Assembly: GCA_021108075.1 (NCBI GenBank)
Contig: JAIORP010000150.1
Span: 3,396-67,395, forward strand
DNA from: Candidatus Omnitrophota bacterium
GTDB lineage: Bacteria > Omnitrophota > Gorgyraeia > Zapsychrales > Zapsychraceae
Length of the DNA: 64,000 nt
Direction: 5' to 3'
Shown: positions 20,074 through 29,368 of the stretch, piece after piece
Position numbering within the stretch: position 1 is the first letter of the stretch
Layout of the letters: every line of letters begins with the position of its first letter
Made by a program: the position numbers and the translations under genes
Notes under the pieces: generated by a model
Seen by the model: the letters and a program-made list of their open reading frames with translations, nothing else
Database searches by the model: none
What the model was told of the DNA's origin: nothing

Positions 20074-21468
20074 TCAATAATCTGAATTAATTACATAATT
20101 TTTTCCTGTCATATTATTTCTAGTAAATTTATACATATAAAATAATATTTTTAACCAAATTGCACTGATTATCAAACCTATACAGTTAATTAGTGTCACT
20201 CTAGTCAAAGTTAAGGGAAAATTTGATAATATAAAAAACAAAATTATTCCAAAATTAAGAACTAATCTAACCCATTTTTCACTCGCACTATAGAGCACTT
20301 TTCCAATTCCTATAAACATATAGTGATCTGGGACAGCTAATGCATTAAAAAACCATCCTATTGCTAATATTTTTAAAATTATAGATATTTGAATATTAAA
20401 TTCTTCACCAAGCCATATACTTAAAATTTGGTTAGAAAATACAAAAAGAAATAAAAATATAGGTATTGCACAAAAAAATATAAGTTTCATACATTTTGCA
20501 TGTACCTGTAAAACAGATTGCTTTGAACCAACATTGGTCTTATTGACATTACTAATTTTTGGTATAATAGATTCTAATCCTTTAACAAATAAACCTCTTA
20601 CAGCAAATATAACTTGAGTAGCAATTTGATAATATGCAACTTCTGAAAGACCAACATATCTTGCAATTATAATTTTGTTAAACGGAATTACCAGCATATT
20701 GGCAATGCTACCCGTCATAAATACACCGCCAAATTTTATTAACTCTTTACATTTAGCAATATTAAACAAAAAAGGATAAAAAATTATAATTGAGAAGTGT
20801 TTAAATAGGATGTAAACACTTACACTAAAAGCAAAAATATAAAACATAATATGAGACAAATATAATCCCCATACGCCGTATCCAGAAACCAACAATATCA
20901 CAGCAATCATAATTTGAAGAATTCTGCAAATTAAATAGATATAGTTCGCTATATCCATCCTTCCAACACCTGCTAGTACACCTTTAATAAGATTCAGGTA
21001 AAAACAAAAAATTGACAAAACACCAACACCTAAAATTAAGGATGAACTACTGTCTAAAAGAACTGATTGAATTTTTAAAAAAGCAGCAATATTTTTATTA
21101 AACACCATTAACAATCCTAAAATAAGTATGGTAGGAATTAATAATAAATATATCGCAGTTGTAATATATTTAGATATATTCAAAATATCTTTCTTAGCAT
21201 ATTCACCTGCAACACTTCTCATAATAGCAGTACCCATTCCCATTTCACCTAATAAACCATATGTCAATATCACAGATAATGTTACCCATACACCATATAA
21301 TTCAACACCCAAATATTTTAAATATATTGGATAAGATATTAATGTTACTAAAATATTTAATCCAGAAAAAATAGCTCCTGATAATACATTTTTCTTTAAT
21401 TGCGATAAATCATTATATTTATTTGTTAATTTCGATAACAATTTCACAAAAGAATCTAACCTATACAT
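20074..21468 (-). CDS. wzx: polysaccharide flippase
   Basis: About 12 TM helices, YLG-x-E-x-YG-x-W, cluster context. Confidence 0.8.
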   Translation of the reverse strand: MYRLDSFVKLLSKLTNKYNDLSQLKKNVLSGAIFSGLNILVTLISYPIYLKYLGVELYGVWVTLSVILTYGLLGEMGMGTAIMRSVAGEYAKKDILNISKYITTAIYLLLIPTILILGLLMVFNKNIAAFLKIQSVLLDSSSSLILGVGVLSIFCFYLNLIKGVLAGVGRMDIANYIYLICRILQIMIAVILLVSGYGVWGLYLSHIMFYIFAFSVSVYILFKHFSIIIFYPFLFNIAKCKELIKFGGVFMTGSIANMLVIPFNKIIIARYVGLSEVAYYQIATQVIFAVRGLFVKGLESIIPKISNVNKTNVGSKQSVLQVHAKCMKLIFFCAIPIFLFLFVFSNQILSIWLGEEFNIQISIILKILAIGWFFNALAVPDHYMFIGIGKVLYSASEKWVRLVLNFGIILFFILSNFPLTLTRVTLINCIGLIISAIWLKILFYMYKFTRNNMTGKNYVINSDY

Positions 21469-21513
21469 TTGTTAACTTCCGTTATAAATATTCACCATAT
21501 ACCACTTATTTTG

Positions 21514-22485
21514 CTATTTATATCCAAATCTTTCATTCAACTGACCTGCACTCTTGTTAAATAACAATAAATCGTGGTCACTGAAACTTGTGGTCCATAT
21601 CTCTTCAGAAGGTTGAATTGATTTAGCATTTATTCTGGATGCATTACCACCAACCATATGATGAGTTTTTTTAGTTAAATCAAGCATACTGTCTTCCCAT
21701 TCCACCCCTAAATAATTACTTATATTATTAAATGTACTTTTGGGGTCTTTGCAAAAGTCTTCATGTTTAATTAGACAATAATTATCTCTTTTAAAAACAT
21801 CTAACAATAATTTTATTTTCTTGTTTACTTTCTTCCATTGAAAAACAGCGCTTTTAAAGTCAATTTTTACCTGACTCTTAAAGGTAGCGCACTTTTCTTT
21901 TTTTGAATCATTTTCTTTTTTTAAAAGCCGATATTCTCTTTTTAATATAGAATTCACCGTGGCTCGACCATCTCTTACCAAAAAAATATGCTTACATTCA
22001 ATTTCAGCTTTTAACAGTTTCTCCAGAAACAACGCCCTAATTACATCCTTTGAAGAATCGATAAGAATATTTTCTTGGACTTTATCAAATACTTTTCTGT
22101 ACAAAAATATATTATTCTGCATAGCTTCTTTTATTCTTCTGAATACAAACGGAAAATTTCCTGAATAATATAATAAAAAATCTATAAGCTTTAACCATCG
22201 AATAAAAGCCGATCCTTTTCCAATTTTGCAGTTTGTCGAAAAAGCATCCGGATTTCTTAGTAAATCAGTTTGAAACTCTTGATTAATGTGTCGCATCATC
22301 TTTGACCAAAATGGACATTCTTGTTGTCCTACACCACAACTACAGATAGAATTTTTTATAAACTCCTCAGTAAAATGATTAATTTCACCTAAAGAAAAAC
22401 AATCTGAATGTGAGCCTAAAAATTTATCCAAGACAGTCGATCCACTACGCCCAACACTTAGAATAAATATAATTTTCTTTTTCAT
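21514..22485 (-). CDS. sulfotransferase
   Basis: PAPS-binding GRSGST, IDSSK, LVRDGRA, HEDFC-x-DP; likely start 22485. Confidence 0.88.
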   Translation of the reverse strand: MKKKIIFILSVGRSGSTVLDKFLGSHSDCFSLGEINHFTEEFIKNSICSCGVGQQECPFWSKMMRHINQEFQTDLLRNPDAFSTNCKIGKGSAFIRWLKLIDFLLYYSGNFPFVFRRIKEAMQNNIFLYRKVFDKVQENILIDSSKDVIRALFLEKLLKAEIECKHIFLVRDGRATVNSILKREYRLLKKENDSKKEKCATFKSQVKIDFKSAVFQWKKVNKKIKLLLDVFKRDNYCLIKHEDFCKDPKSTFNNISNYLGVEWEDSMLDLTKKTHHMVGGNASRINAKSIQPSEEIWTTSFSDHDLLLFNKSAGQLNERFGYK

Positions 22486-22520
22486 TTTTTCATCCTTTTG
22501 AGCAACATGACAACCTATAA

Positions 22521-23474
22521 CTACCAATCCATGTCGTTATAAAATTTACATGCTAACGGTTCTGTTAGCATTCTAATTTGTTTAATTTCATTCAAATTAA
22601 GTAATTTTTTCCATCTTTTTATGTTTTCTTGACTATTTCTTTTTAAAACATGAGGACGATTATTTACTGGATCAGACGGATTGTCAATATTTGTAAATCT
22701 TTTTATAATTATCTCGATTTTTTTTGTAAAAACTAAATTCAATTTATCATAAAGATACTGAAATTTTTCTACTGGAAAATTAGAAATATCTTCATGACGA
22801 ATACCAATCATATTTGGATTCCGGTCTAAATACGCAAATAAAACTGAGTAAATACAATTCCATAACAAAGCGCCTTCTTCAATAATTGATAATTTATTAA
22901 AATCAATATTTAAATCAATACGCTCGCCTAAAAAATCGTCCATCAACTCTTTTTGTTTAATAAATTCTTGAAAATCAAATTTATAATTTAATCTCTTTAT
23001 GCTTCCGATAAAAGCTACAGGATGACGAATTATAATAACCGTGTCCATATTTAATTTTTTGTGCATCCATTCAGCAGAAAAACAAGCTATGGGATCTTTT
23101 ATCAATAATCTTGTAACCCAAGGTTTATATTTCAAAAGCCTGTATTTTCTTATTTTTTTGTCACCAAATATATTCCTTGCTATTGTTTTCAACATAAGCT
23201 CTTGTTTGTTTTTAGAGCTTAACTTCCATGGTTCTTTATATTTTGCCTTACCATTCAAAACATTTTTTAAAATATAATGGTATTTTTTTTCAAGCAATCC
23301 ACCATTTTTGATATAAGGATTCCATACATCCACACCCTCAACCCCCAAAACTTTATTGAAAGGTTCGAAAATATAACCAACATTAGGCGATAATGCTAAC
23401 ATTTTTCCAACAAAAGTAGTTCCACTTCTATGAGAACCTGTTACTAAAATCGTATTTTTCTTTTTATTTTGCAT
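22521..23474 (-). CDS. sulfotransferase
   Basis: TGSHRSGTT, EPFN, KDP, RHP. Confidence 0.88.
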   Translation of the reverse strand: MQNKKKNTILVTGSHRSGTTFVGKMLALSPNVGYIFEPFNKVLGVEGVDVWNPYIKNGGLLEKKYHYILKNVLNGKAKYKEPWKLSSKNKQELMLKTIARNIFGDKKIRKYRLLKYKPWVTRLLIKDPIACFSAEWMHKKLNMDTVIIIRHPVAFIGSIKRLNYKFDFQEFIKQKELMDDFLGERIDLNIDFNKLSIIEEGALLWNCIYSVLFAYLDRNPNMIGIRHEDISNFPVEKFQYLYDKLNLVFTKKIEIIIKRFTNIDNPSDPVNNRPHVLKRNSQENIKRWKKLLNLNEIKQIRMLTEPLACKFYNDMDW

Positions 23475-23517
23475 ATCCTGTCACAATTTATAAAAAAATA
23501 AAAATAATAGCACTCTT

Positions 23518-23860
23518 TTACCTTGCTAAAAACCATTCGTTCACTAAAACATCTTTATTATAATCAAGTTGATTATTAGTCTTCGTATTCACAACTCTCG
23601 CCCCTACCTCCTCTACGATCGCGTGCCCAGCAGCAGTGTCCCACTCCATCGTAGGAGCAAATCTTGGAGAAGCATCAGCTTTGCCTTCGGCTACAAGGCA
23701 TAATTTTAGCGAACTTCCGGCTGATAGCACTTCTACTTTGCCGTGGATTTTCTTTTGCTCTTCAATATATTCTTCTGTTTCTTTTGACATATGTGAACGA
23801 CTGCCTATGATTGTAAATGATTCTCTTTTAATATCTAATGGCAATCTTGAAGCTTTTTTG
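23518..23860 (-). pseudogene. cysQ: 3' fragment of PAP (3',5'-bisphosphate) nucleotidase
   Basis: SRSH, GSSLKLC-x-VAEG-x-AD, PTMEWDTAAGHA present; the N-terminal half with DPLDGT is absent. Confidence 0.8.
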
Positions 23861-23868
23861 AGTAGATA

Positions 23869-23966
23869 CCCACGGGCGTGCCCGTGGCACTTAATTAATT
23901 TTTGTGCGAGCTTACGCTCGTCGCCCTCTGGGCGAAGGTTGCATTCACCCACGGGCATGCCCGTGG
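23869..23966. repeat. paired CCCACGGGCRTGCCCGTGG hairpins (IS200/IS605- or REP-like miniature element)
   Basis: Two near-identical palindromes at 23869-23887 and 23948-23966, at the cysQ breakpoint. Confidence 0.65.
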
Positions 23967-24050
23967 ATCTCTGCTAGCTTTTAGATTGCATTGAATTTAT
24001 TAGTAATAAATGCGAATATATTGCTATTGATGAATGAGAAGCTAAAAGAC

Positions 24051-25070
24051 TCAATCAATATGCCCCATCACCACACACATCCCCCACGCCAACCCGAAGG
24101 ATATCATCGGCGCGATGATCCATACGGTAAAGATCTTCAGGACCGCGGATTTTTGCATGATTTCGTTAAATCCGTATTTATACACGCCCAGTCCCAGTAT
24201 CGCGCCCACGTTCAATTGCGCCAGGGCGGTCGGGATGCCTTTATAAAGCGACGCCAGTATTAATAAACTCCCGGTCACGCTCGAGATGGCCAGCGCGCCG
24301 ATCGGGCCGAACTCGACGATCTGTTTGCCGGTCGTCTCCAGCACCCTTGCCCCGAAGATCGAACTGCCTAAAGCGAAACACGGGGCGATGATAAACGTGG
24401 CCAGTATCATACAAATAACATACAAATGTGAACTTTCAGTGACGCTGAATTGATTAACCAGCAAACCATGCACAGGGCCGGCCGCGTTGGCCACATTGTT
24501 GGCGCCGATCGCGAAGGCCACGAAACAGGACGAGGCGATCACGCTGAAGCGCAGCACCGGATGCAAAGCCAATTCCTTAAAATTAACCAGATTCCTGGCC
24601 TTCAGCGGCTTATAAATAAACTTTCCCAGCAGAAGCGTCAGGCAAAACGAAATCACCGGCAGAATAAACCAGCTGGGGATGATCAAAAAAACCAGTTTTT
24701 CCATTTGAATGCTGCCGTGAAAAGCGGCGACCGCTACCAGGGCGAACACGGTCGACTGGCTGGTCGACTGCGGCACTTTTAACAGATTGGCAAAAAGAAT
24801 GGACAAAGAGATCGAGAACAGAATGATCGTGGTGATCTTTAAGGTCATATAGCTTTCCGGCAGGACGCCTTTGCCGATGGTCGCGGTCACATCCTTGCCG
24901 GCCATGATCGCACCCAATAAGACAAAAAACCCGAACAGACCCGGGATCAAATCCTTGCGGATGATATTGGCCCCGTAGGACGATGAGAACGCGGCTGACG
25001 TCCCGCTCCCGCCCATATTGATGGCCAGAAACATCGCCGCCAGCAGTGGTAATAGGATGATGGAAAACAT
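24051..25070 (-). CDS. PiT-family anion (phosphate/sulfate) permease
   Basis: Multi-TM; P-x-STSQ and GANNVANA-x-GP signatures. Confidence 0.85.
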   Translation of the reverse strand: MFSIILLPLLAAMFLAINMGGSGTSAAFSSSYGANIIRKDLIPGLFGFFVLLGAIMAGKDVTATIGKGVLPESYMTLKITTIILFSISLSILFANLLKVPQSTSQSTVFALVAVAAFHGSIQMEKLVFLIIPSWFILPVISFCLTLLLGKFIYKPLKARNLVNFKELALHPVLRFSVIASSCFVAFAIGANNVANAAGPVHGLLVNQFSVTESSHLYVICMILATFIIAPCFALGSSIFGARVLETTGKQIVEFGPIGALAISSVTGSLLILASLYKGIPTALAQLNVGAILGLGVYKYGFNEIMQKSAVLKIFTVWIIAPMISFGLAWGMCVVMGHID

Positions 25071-25139
25071 AGTTTAAGTTATAAAAAAGTTAAAAGTAAA
25101 AAGAATTAAAATTCGGTTAAACACACTGAATTCCTGTCA

Positions 25140-25163
25140 TACCCATTCGATCAAATAATGACC
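25140..25163. repeat. degenerate single end of MITE family A
   Basis: TACCCATTCGATCAAATAATGACC versus TACCAATTCCATTAAATAATGACC (7158). Confidence 0.55.
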
Positions 25164-25475
25164 GGACGGGTACACAAAGTCAAACCTCAAAAAGCAAAGC
25201 GTGACTGACAGATGAATGATCTCTCCAACGCGCGCTTTAAACGACGGACCTGACATGCTCCCGCGACACAACCGGAATGATCACCTCCGACCCGCTCCCC
25301 AACGTTACCAAGCATAAAGCCTTTATTCCCATACACTAAGAACTCAGAGCATAAAATATATTTATATAGTAATATTATAGATATATATTAATAAATAATA
25401 GGTATTATAATAATAACAACAAATGTATCATACCTGATTGATTTGTCAAGGATTAATGCGGGGAAAGCAGGGCTG

Positions 25476-25530
25476 AAAAGTAGGGACGGATGGTACTTTT
25501 TTAAAAAAAGTACCATCCGTCCCTACTTTT
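25476..25530. repeat. GTAG-type REP-like palindrome, copy 2
   Basis: AAAAGTAGGGACGGATGGTACTTTTTT-AAAAAAAGTACCATCCGTCCCTACTTTT, near-perfect hairpin. Confidence 0.85.
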
Positions 25531-25669
25531 ACTTGTAAACTTTCTGAACCTTACCGTCCCGCCAGACGTAAAGCGGGCGACCGGCTTTTTGATGTTCCGC
25601 GACAACGCGTTTAACCGCCTCCTTCATGGCTGCTTCGGCTTTATCTAAAATCGTCATTCGTTTGCGCAT
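25529..25669 (-). CDS. 46-aa partner of the zeta-like ATPase (not in ORF track)
   Basis: MRKRMTILDKAEAAMKEAVKRVVAEHQKAGRPLYVWRDGKVQKVYK; overlaps the ATPase 3' end and resembles the small proteins usually paired with this family. Confidence 0.7.
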   Translation of the reverse strand: MRKRMTILDKAEAAMKEAVKRVVAEHQKAGRPLYVWRDGKVQKVYK

Positions 25670-26256
25670 AAGTTAATCCCCACGTTTTTTGTGATCGCCA
25701 CAAATAATGGCTGATTCAATATTTCCATATGTGCGTTTTGTTGCCTGGCAATGATTCGGGGCGTTGTTTCAGCATTATCAAATAAAATCCATCTATCGGC
25801 CAATAAACGATATTCTTTGAAGAAATTCGCTATACTTCGCCTGTAACGCCGCTTCACATCGTTTACCGGCACATGATGTCCGCCCTGCGCCACACGGTCC
25901 TTAACCCGCGAAATAGCAAGTGCGGAACCCGGTATCCATAAAAAAAACATGTTTAACCGGTAATCTTTTTCTTTTAACATCTTGAAATATTTCAGATACG
26001 TTACTCCTGACATCGTTGTTTCAAAACCAAAATCAATACCTTCATTTGAATATTCTTTAATCTGCTCTAAAACAAGTTTCCCGGATTTAATCGCGACTTG
26101 CCCGGGAGAGAAGGGGGATAAACCCGCGGCTATGAGATCAGCATTTATAAATCTAACGCATTTAGCGTATTCAGGTAAAAACGTTTTCGCGAAAGTGGTC
26201 TTACCCGATCCATTGGGCCCGGCGATGATATAGACATTTTTCTTCTTCATTGTCAT
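25654..26256 (-). CDS. zeta-toxin-like P-loop ATPase
   Basis: IAGPNGSGKTT, FINAD-x-IA, FETT-x-SG, RV-x-x-RV-x-QGGH. Confidence 0.85.
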   Translation of the reverse strand: MTMKKKNVYIIAGPNGSGKTTFAKTFLPEYAKCVRFINADLIAAGLSPFSPGQVAIKSGKLVLEQIKEYSNEGIDFGFETTMSGVTYLKYFKMLKEKDYRLNMFFLWIPGSALAISRVKDRVAQGGHHVPVNDVKRRYRRSIANFFKEYRLLADRWILFDNAETTPRIIARQQNAHMEILNQPLFVAITKNVGINLCANE

Positions 26257-26310
26257 TGATTATATCATTTGTTCCGGATAAAACAAGACAGGACGACAAA
26301 AAAGGGATAA

Positions 26311-26364
26311 AAAAGTGAGGACGGTTGGTACTTTTTAAAAAAGTACCAACCGTCCCTACTTTTT
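26311..26364. repeat. REP-like palindrome, copy 3
   Basis: AAAAGTGAGGACGGTTGGTACTTTTT-AAAAAAGTACCAACCGTCCCTACTTTT. Confidence 0.85.
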
Positions 26365-26376
26365 CCTCTCCTAATT

Positions 26377-27081
26377 TTAATGCCCTTTGTTTATCAAACC
26401 TTCCTTAAATAATTTCAAATAAAACAAAATTTCATCCTTCATCTTTTCCCTCATCGAATCCTTGGAAGGTTCCGTTAAAAGCTCCCCTAACCCTTGCAAA
26501 ATGTAAGTATTATTAACCTGATTGACTCTGTGAACGCATCGATCAATATAATCTTTTGTTGCCATCCCTGTTCTCTTTTCTAACAAATTCAGATTGCAAT
26601 CCCATCTGTTCTTAATAAAAAAAATAATATCGTATAAATCTCTATTTGCCAGTGATTTCCGGTCTAACAGGGCGGCCATTTTATGCGCGAACATATCTTC
26701 TTGTTTCATGACCAAAACGGGGATGCCGAGATAGTCTTTGACTTCGTAGCTGTCTTCGAACATTCTGGTAGAAATCTCAATTTTTAGATTCCGGGTTTCA
26801 CGCTCATACGACAAAAGAAAAAAGAGTGTGTTTTGTTTCTGACTGGCTTCCTTCAACTCCCCATGGGCTGAAACGATGTTCTTGATCTTTTCAAAAACAA
26901 AAGTCTTCTTATTTGAATCAAGCAAATTGAAATCCAAATCGACGGAAAACCGGGTTAGTTGATAAAAAAAATAAACGGCTGTCCCACCCTTGAATCCCAA
27001 AAGTGAGGATATTTCTATATCCGAATAGATATCTTTCAAAATTTGAATTAAAATAACTCTATGTTTATTAATATTTAACAT
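26377..27081 (-). CDS. AbiEii-family nucleotidyltransferase toxin
   Basis: FKGGTA, RFSVDLDF, K-x-x-A-x-x-x-R, RDLYD. Confidence 0.9.
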   Translation of the reverse strand: MLNINKHRVILIQILKDIYSDIEISSLLGFKGGTAVYFFYQLTRFSVDLDFNLLDSNKKTFVFEKIKNIVSAHGELKEASQKQNTLFFLLSYERETRNLKIEISTRMFEDSYEVKDYLGIPVLVMKQEDMFAHKMAALLDRKSLANRDLYDIIFFIKNRWDCNLNLLEKRTGMATKDYIDRCVHRVNQVNNTYILQGLGELLTEPSKDSMREKMKDEILFYLKLFKEGLINKGH

Positions 27082-27653
27082 AAATTCAAAAGCGCGCTCA
27101 CTTTCTTATTTAACGTATGGCTCTGATAAACGGGTAATAACATTTTAACGTCTTGAATCTTTAATGACCCCGGGTTATCAAAATGATAATTCTTATAAAG
27201 ATACAAAGTATCTAAGAACGCTCTTTCCTTTGTTGCCATGGGGACATGATCAGAAATGATGATCCCCCTATTGTTGTAAAGCGCTTCATTCTTAATTTTC
27301 CGCATAACGATACAGTGACGGCAAATTTCTATCGTTCTACTGATATAGCTAACCGCGTATATACACGTGTCATGTTGAAAAATAATCCCTTCCCGTTGTA
27401 GCACCGTTTCCAGACTGATATAGGCAGGCGAATAAATTTTCGCGGCTAATTCAAGCGCGTTATAATCTGGTTTCGCGTAAACACCCTTACGCAAAGCCCG
27501 CAGTTTCCCGGTTTTGACATAATAATGAATTTTTGATTTTAAGGCATCGGCATTGGTTTCATTCATTATTAACGCGATATCCTTAAAAGAAAATACAGTT
27601 TTTGAATTTTTATAAATCTCGAAAATAAAATCTTTTTTCATTATATGATCCAC
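27075..27653 (-). CDS. AbiEi-family antitoxin
   Basis: LRKGVY, YISLE, A-x-x-ERA-x-LD; upstream of AbiEii. Confidence 0.85.
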   Translation of the reverse strand: MDHIMKKDFIFEIYKNSKTVFSFKDIALIMNETNADALKSKIHYYVKTGKLRALRKGVYAKPDYNALELAAKIYSPAYISLETVLQREGIIFQHDTCIYAVSYISRTIEICRHCIVMRKIKNEALYNNRGIIISDHVPMATKERAFLDTLYLYKNYHFDNPGSLKIQDVKMLLPVYQSHTLNKKVSALLNLC

Positions 27654-27704
27654 AGGTAATAATTATTCTTACCTATAGATTACCATATTTATTAAAAGTG
27701 TCAA
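27654..27704 (-). promoter_or_regulatory. AbiE promoter with inverted-repeat operator
   Basis: TTGACA-N16-TAATCT followed by AGGTAAGAATAATTATTACCT. Confidence 0.55.
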
Positions 27705-27706
27705 AT

Positions 27707-27733
27707 AAAAAAGTACCAACCGTCCCTACTTTT
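27707..27733. repeat. half copy of the REP-like palindrome, copy 4
   Basis: AAAAAAGTACCAACCGTCCCTACTTTT identical to the right arm of copy 3. Confidence 0.8.
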
Positions 27734-27735
27734 CC

Positions 27736-28560
27736 CTACTTTTCTGTTGGCCACGATTGAAAATATGTCACAACCAACTGTTTGATCGCTAATTGTTCGA
27801 AAACATTGAGTTCATGCTTGTCCTCAATAAACCGTTCAACATCCTTTCTCACAAAATCAAAATCTTGCCGCGCCACAACGTCCAACAGATGGTCTTTGAA
27901 GTTCTGCCGGTCAATCGGTAAAGACGTCCCTTGAGTTTGAACAATGGCATTATTAAGCAATTCAAAATTGGGCTTAATTTTTTTGGTTAAATACCAGACA
28001 AAATCATACCAGTCCCGCCCTTTGGTATATGTTCTAAAAAAACAAGCATGCAACTTCCCCGCGAAAAGCGAAGGCAAATCATAGTGAACAACATTAAACA
28101 TGAACTGTTTGTTTAAAATTGTTGTTAACGTTTCCCAACCTTGTGGAGGATTTGTGTCCGCCTCCCATTTAATGGAAATATTTTGAGAAACCAACGGAGA
28201 CAGACCCAACTCCTTAAGCAAACCCGGAAATTTCAACATCATCGAATCCACATTATTCGTTGATTTCAACTTTGTTTGACACTCCAGTCCATTCAATCTG
28301 AATTCTTTGACAATTTGCTCAGAGATGTCTTCAAAGGCATATCCACCCTGACCGGTCAATGAAAAATCAAGGTCCTCTGAAAACCGCCTCAAATTATACA
28401 GCAGCCGCAAAGCTGTTCCGCCCAGGAACGCGACTTGATGAAACATTTTCTTTTGACTCATAATTCGTAAACAAAGCATCTGCAAAAACTCTCTGGTCAC
28501 ATTCATTTTATCGCTGCTAGACATACGTTCGGTGAATTGCTGTTTGATCACATCAATCAT
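27736..28560 (-). CDS. AbiEii-family nucleotidyltransferase toxin
   Basis: FLGGTALR, RFSEDLDFS, GKLHA, KGRDWYD. Confidence 0.9.
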   Translation of the reverse strand: MIDVIKQQFTERMSSSDKMNVTREFLQMLCLRIMSQKKMFHQVAFLGGTALRLLYNLRRFSEDLDFSLTGQGGYAFEDISEQIVKEFRLNGLECQTKLKSTNNVDSMMLKFPGLLKELGLSPLVSQNISIKWEADTNPPQGWETLTTILNKQFMFNVVHYDLPSLFAGKLHACFFRTYTKGRDWYDFVWYLTKKIKPNFELLNNAIVQTQGTSLPIDRQNFKDHLLDVVARQDFDFVRKDVERFIEDKHELNVFEQLAIKQLVVTYFQSWPTEK

Positions 28561-29192
28561 GATTCCCCCTCATTGATCATTAAGCAAACGTTATGAACCA
28601 CTTTCATCAGTTTCTTACTATGAAAAATTCTCCCGAACATCATCATTTTTTCTTTGCTTAACTCATCCAGGTTTTGCAAACGATAAGAACGTTCCAGCTG
28701 AGGGCGCGCGTCTTTTTGAATCTCGCCTGAACGCAAATATAAAAAATCAACAAGCGCTTTTTCAGGTTCCGCCATCAAAAAACCCGCTTCAAAAGGCCCC
28801 ATTTTTATAAATCCTCGAAAGGCCTCAGGCTTGATACGCTGATAAACAAATGTTCCAAGATCATTTTGAATTTTCATTGTTTTCCGGGTCGTAATTGACG
28901 TGATGTCTTTCGTTTCTTCCGGAATCAATCCATAAAAACTTAAAGCGTATTCCAGACTAACATATGAAGGTTCAAACAAATAATTAGCGATATAAGCAAC
29001 ATCAGGAGACACCTTTCTATCCCGCTCATTTAAAAGATAGACCCCTCTTTTCAAACGAATGATTAAATCGTCCTTTACCCACCGGTTAAGTTGATTGCGG
29101 TTGTTCTGGAGTTCATTCTTCCCAGAGTCAATATACTTGCTAAAAATAAGCGGATATTTCTGATAGTTTCTCTTAAAATCACTAAATTTCAT
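28557..29192 (-). CDS. AbiEi-family antitoxin
   Basis: LKRGVY, PSYVSLEYAL-x-x-YGLIPE, A-x-PEKAL-x-D. Confidence 0.88.
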   Translation of the reverse strand: MKFSDFKRNYQKYPLIFSKYIDSGKNELQNNRNQLNRWVKDDLIIRLKRGVYLLNERDRKVSPDVAYIANYLFEPSYVSLEYALSFYGLIPEETKDITSITTRKTMKIQNDLGTFVYQRIKPEAFRGFIKMGPFEAGFLMAEPEKALVDFLYLRSGEIQKDARPQLERSYRLQNLDELSKEKMMMFGRIFHSKKLMKVVHNVCLMINEGES

Positions 29193-29368
29193 CCCGGCGT
29201 TCTCCGTTTCTTTAAATAATCATATTTGATTACTTACGGAAACAGTATAACATTATTATAAAAATTAATCAATATCAAGAAAATTCGTCCCGCATCAATT
29301 TTTGTTAGCGGAACTCATGACTTTTTATTCCCACATCCGTAGGATTATTTGTTATAATTATCTCTGTT

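Noticed and set aside
25075-25470. Riboswitch or ncRNA upstream of the PiT permease
   Set aside because: Long intergenic region, but no known aptamer motif recognised; an Rfam/Infernal scan would be decisive.
25476-27733. Integron attC sites
   Set aside because: The palindromes lack RYYYAAC/GTTRRRY boxes and no integron integrase is present in the window.
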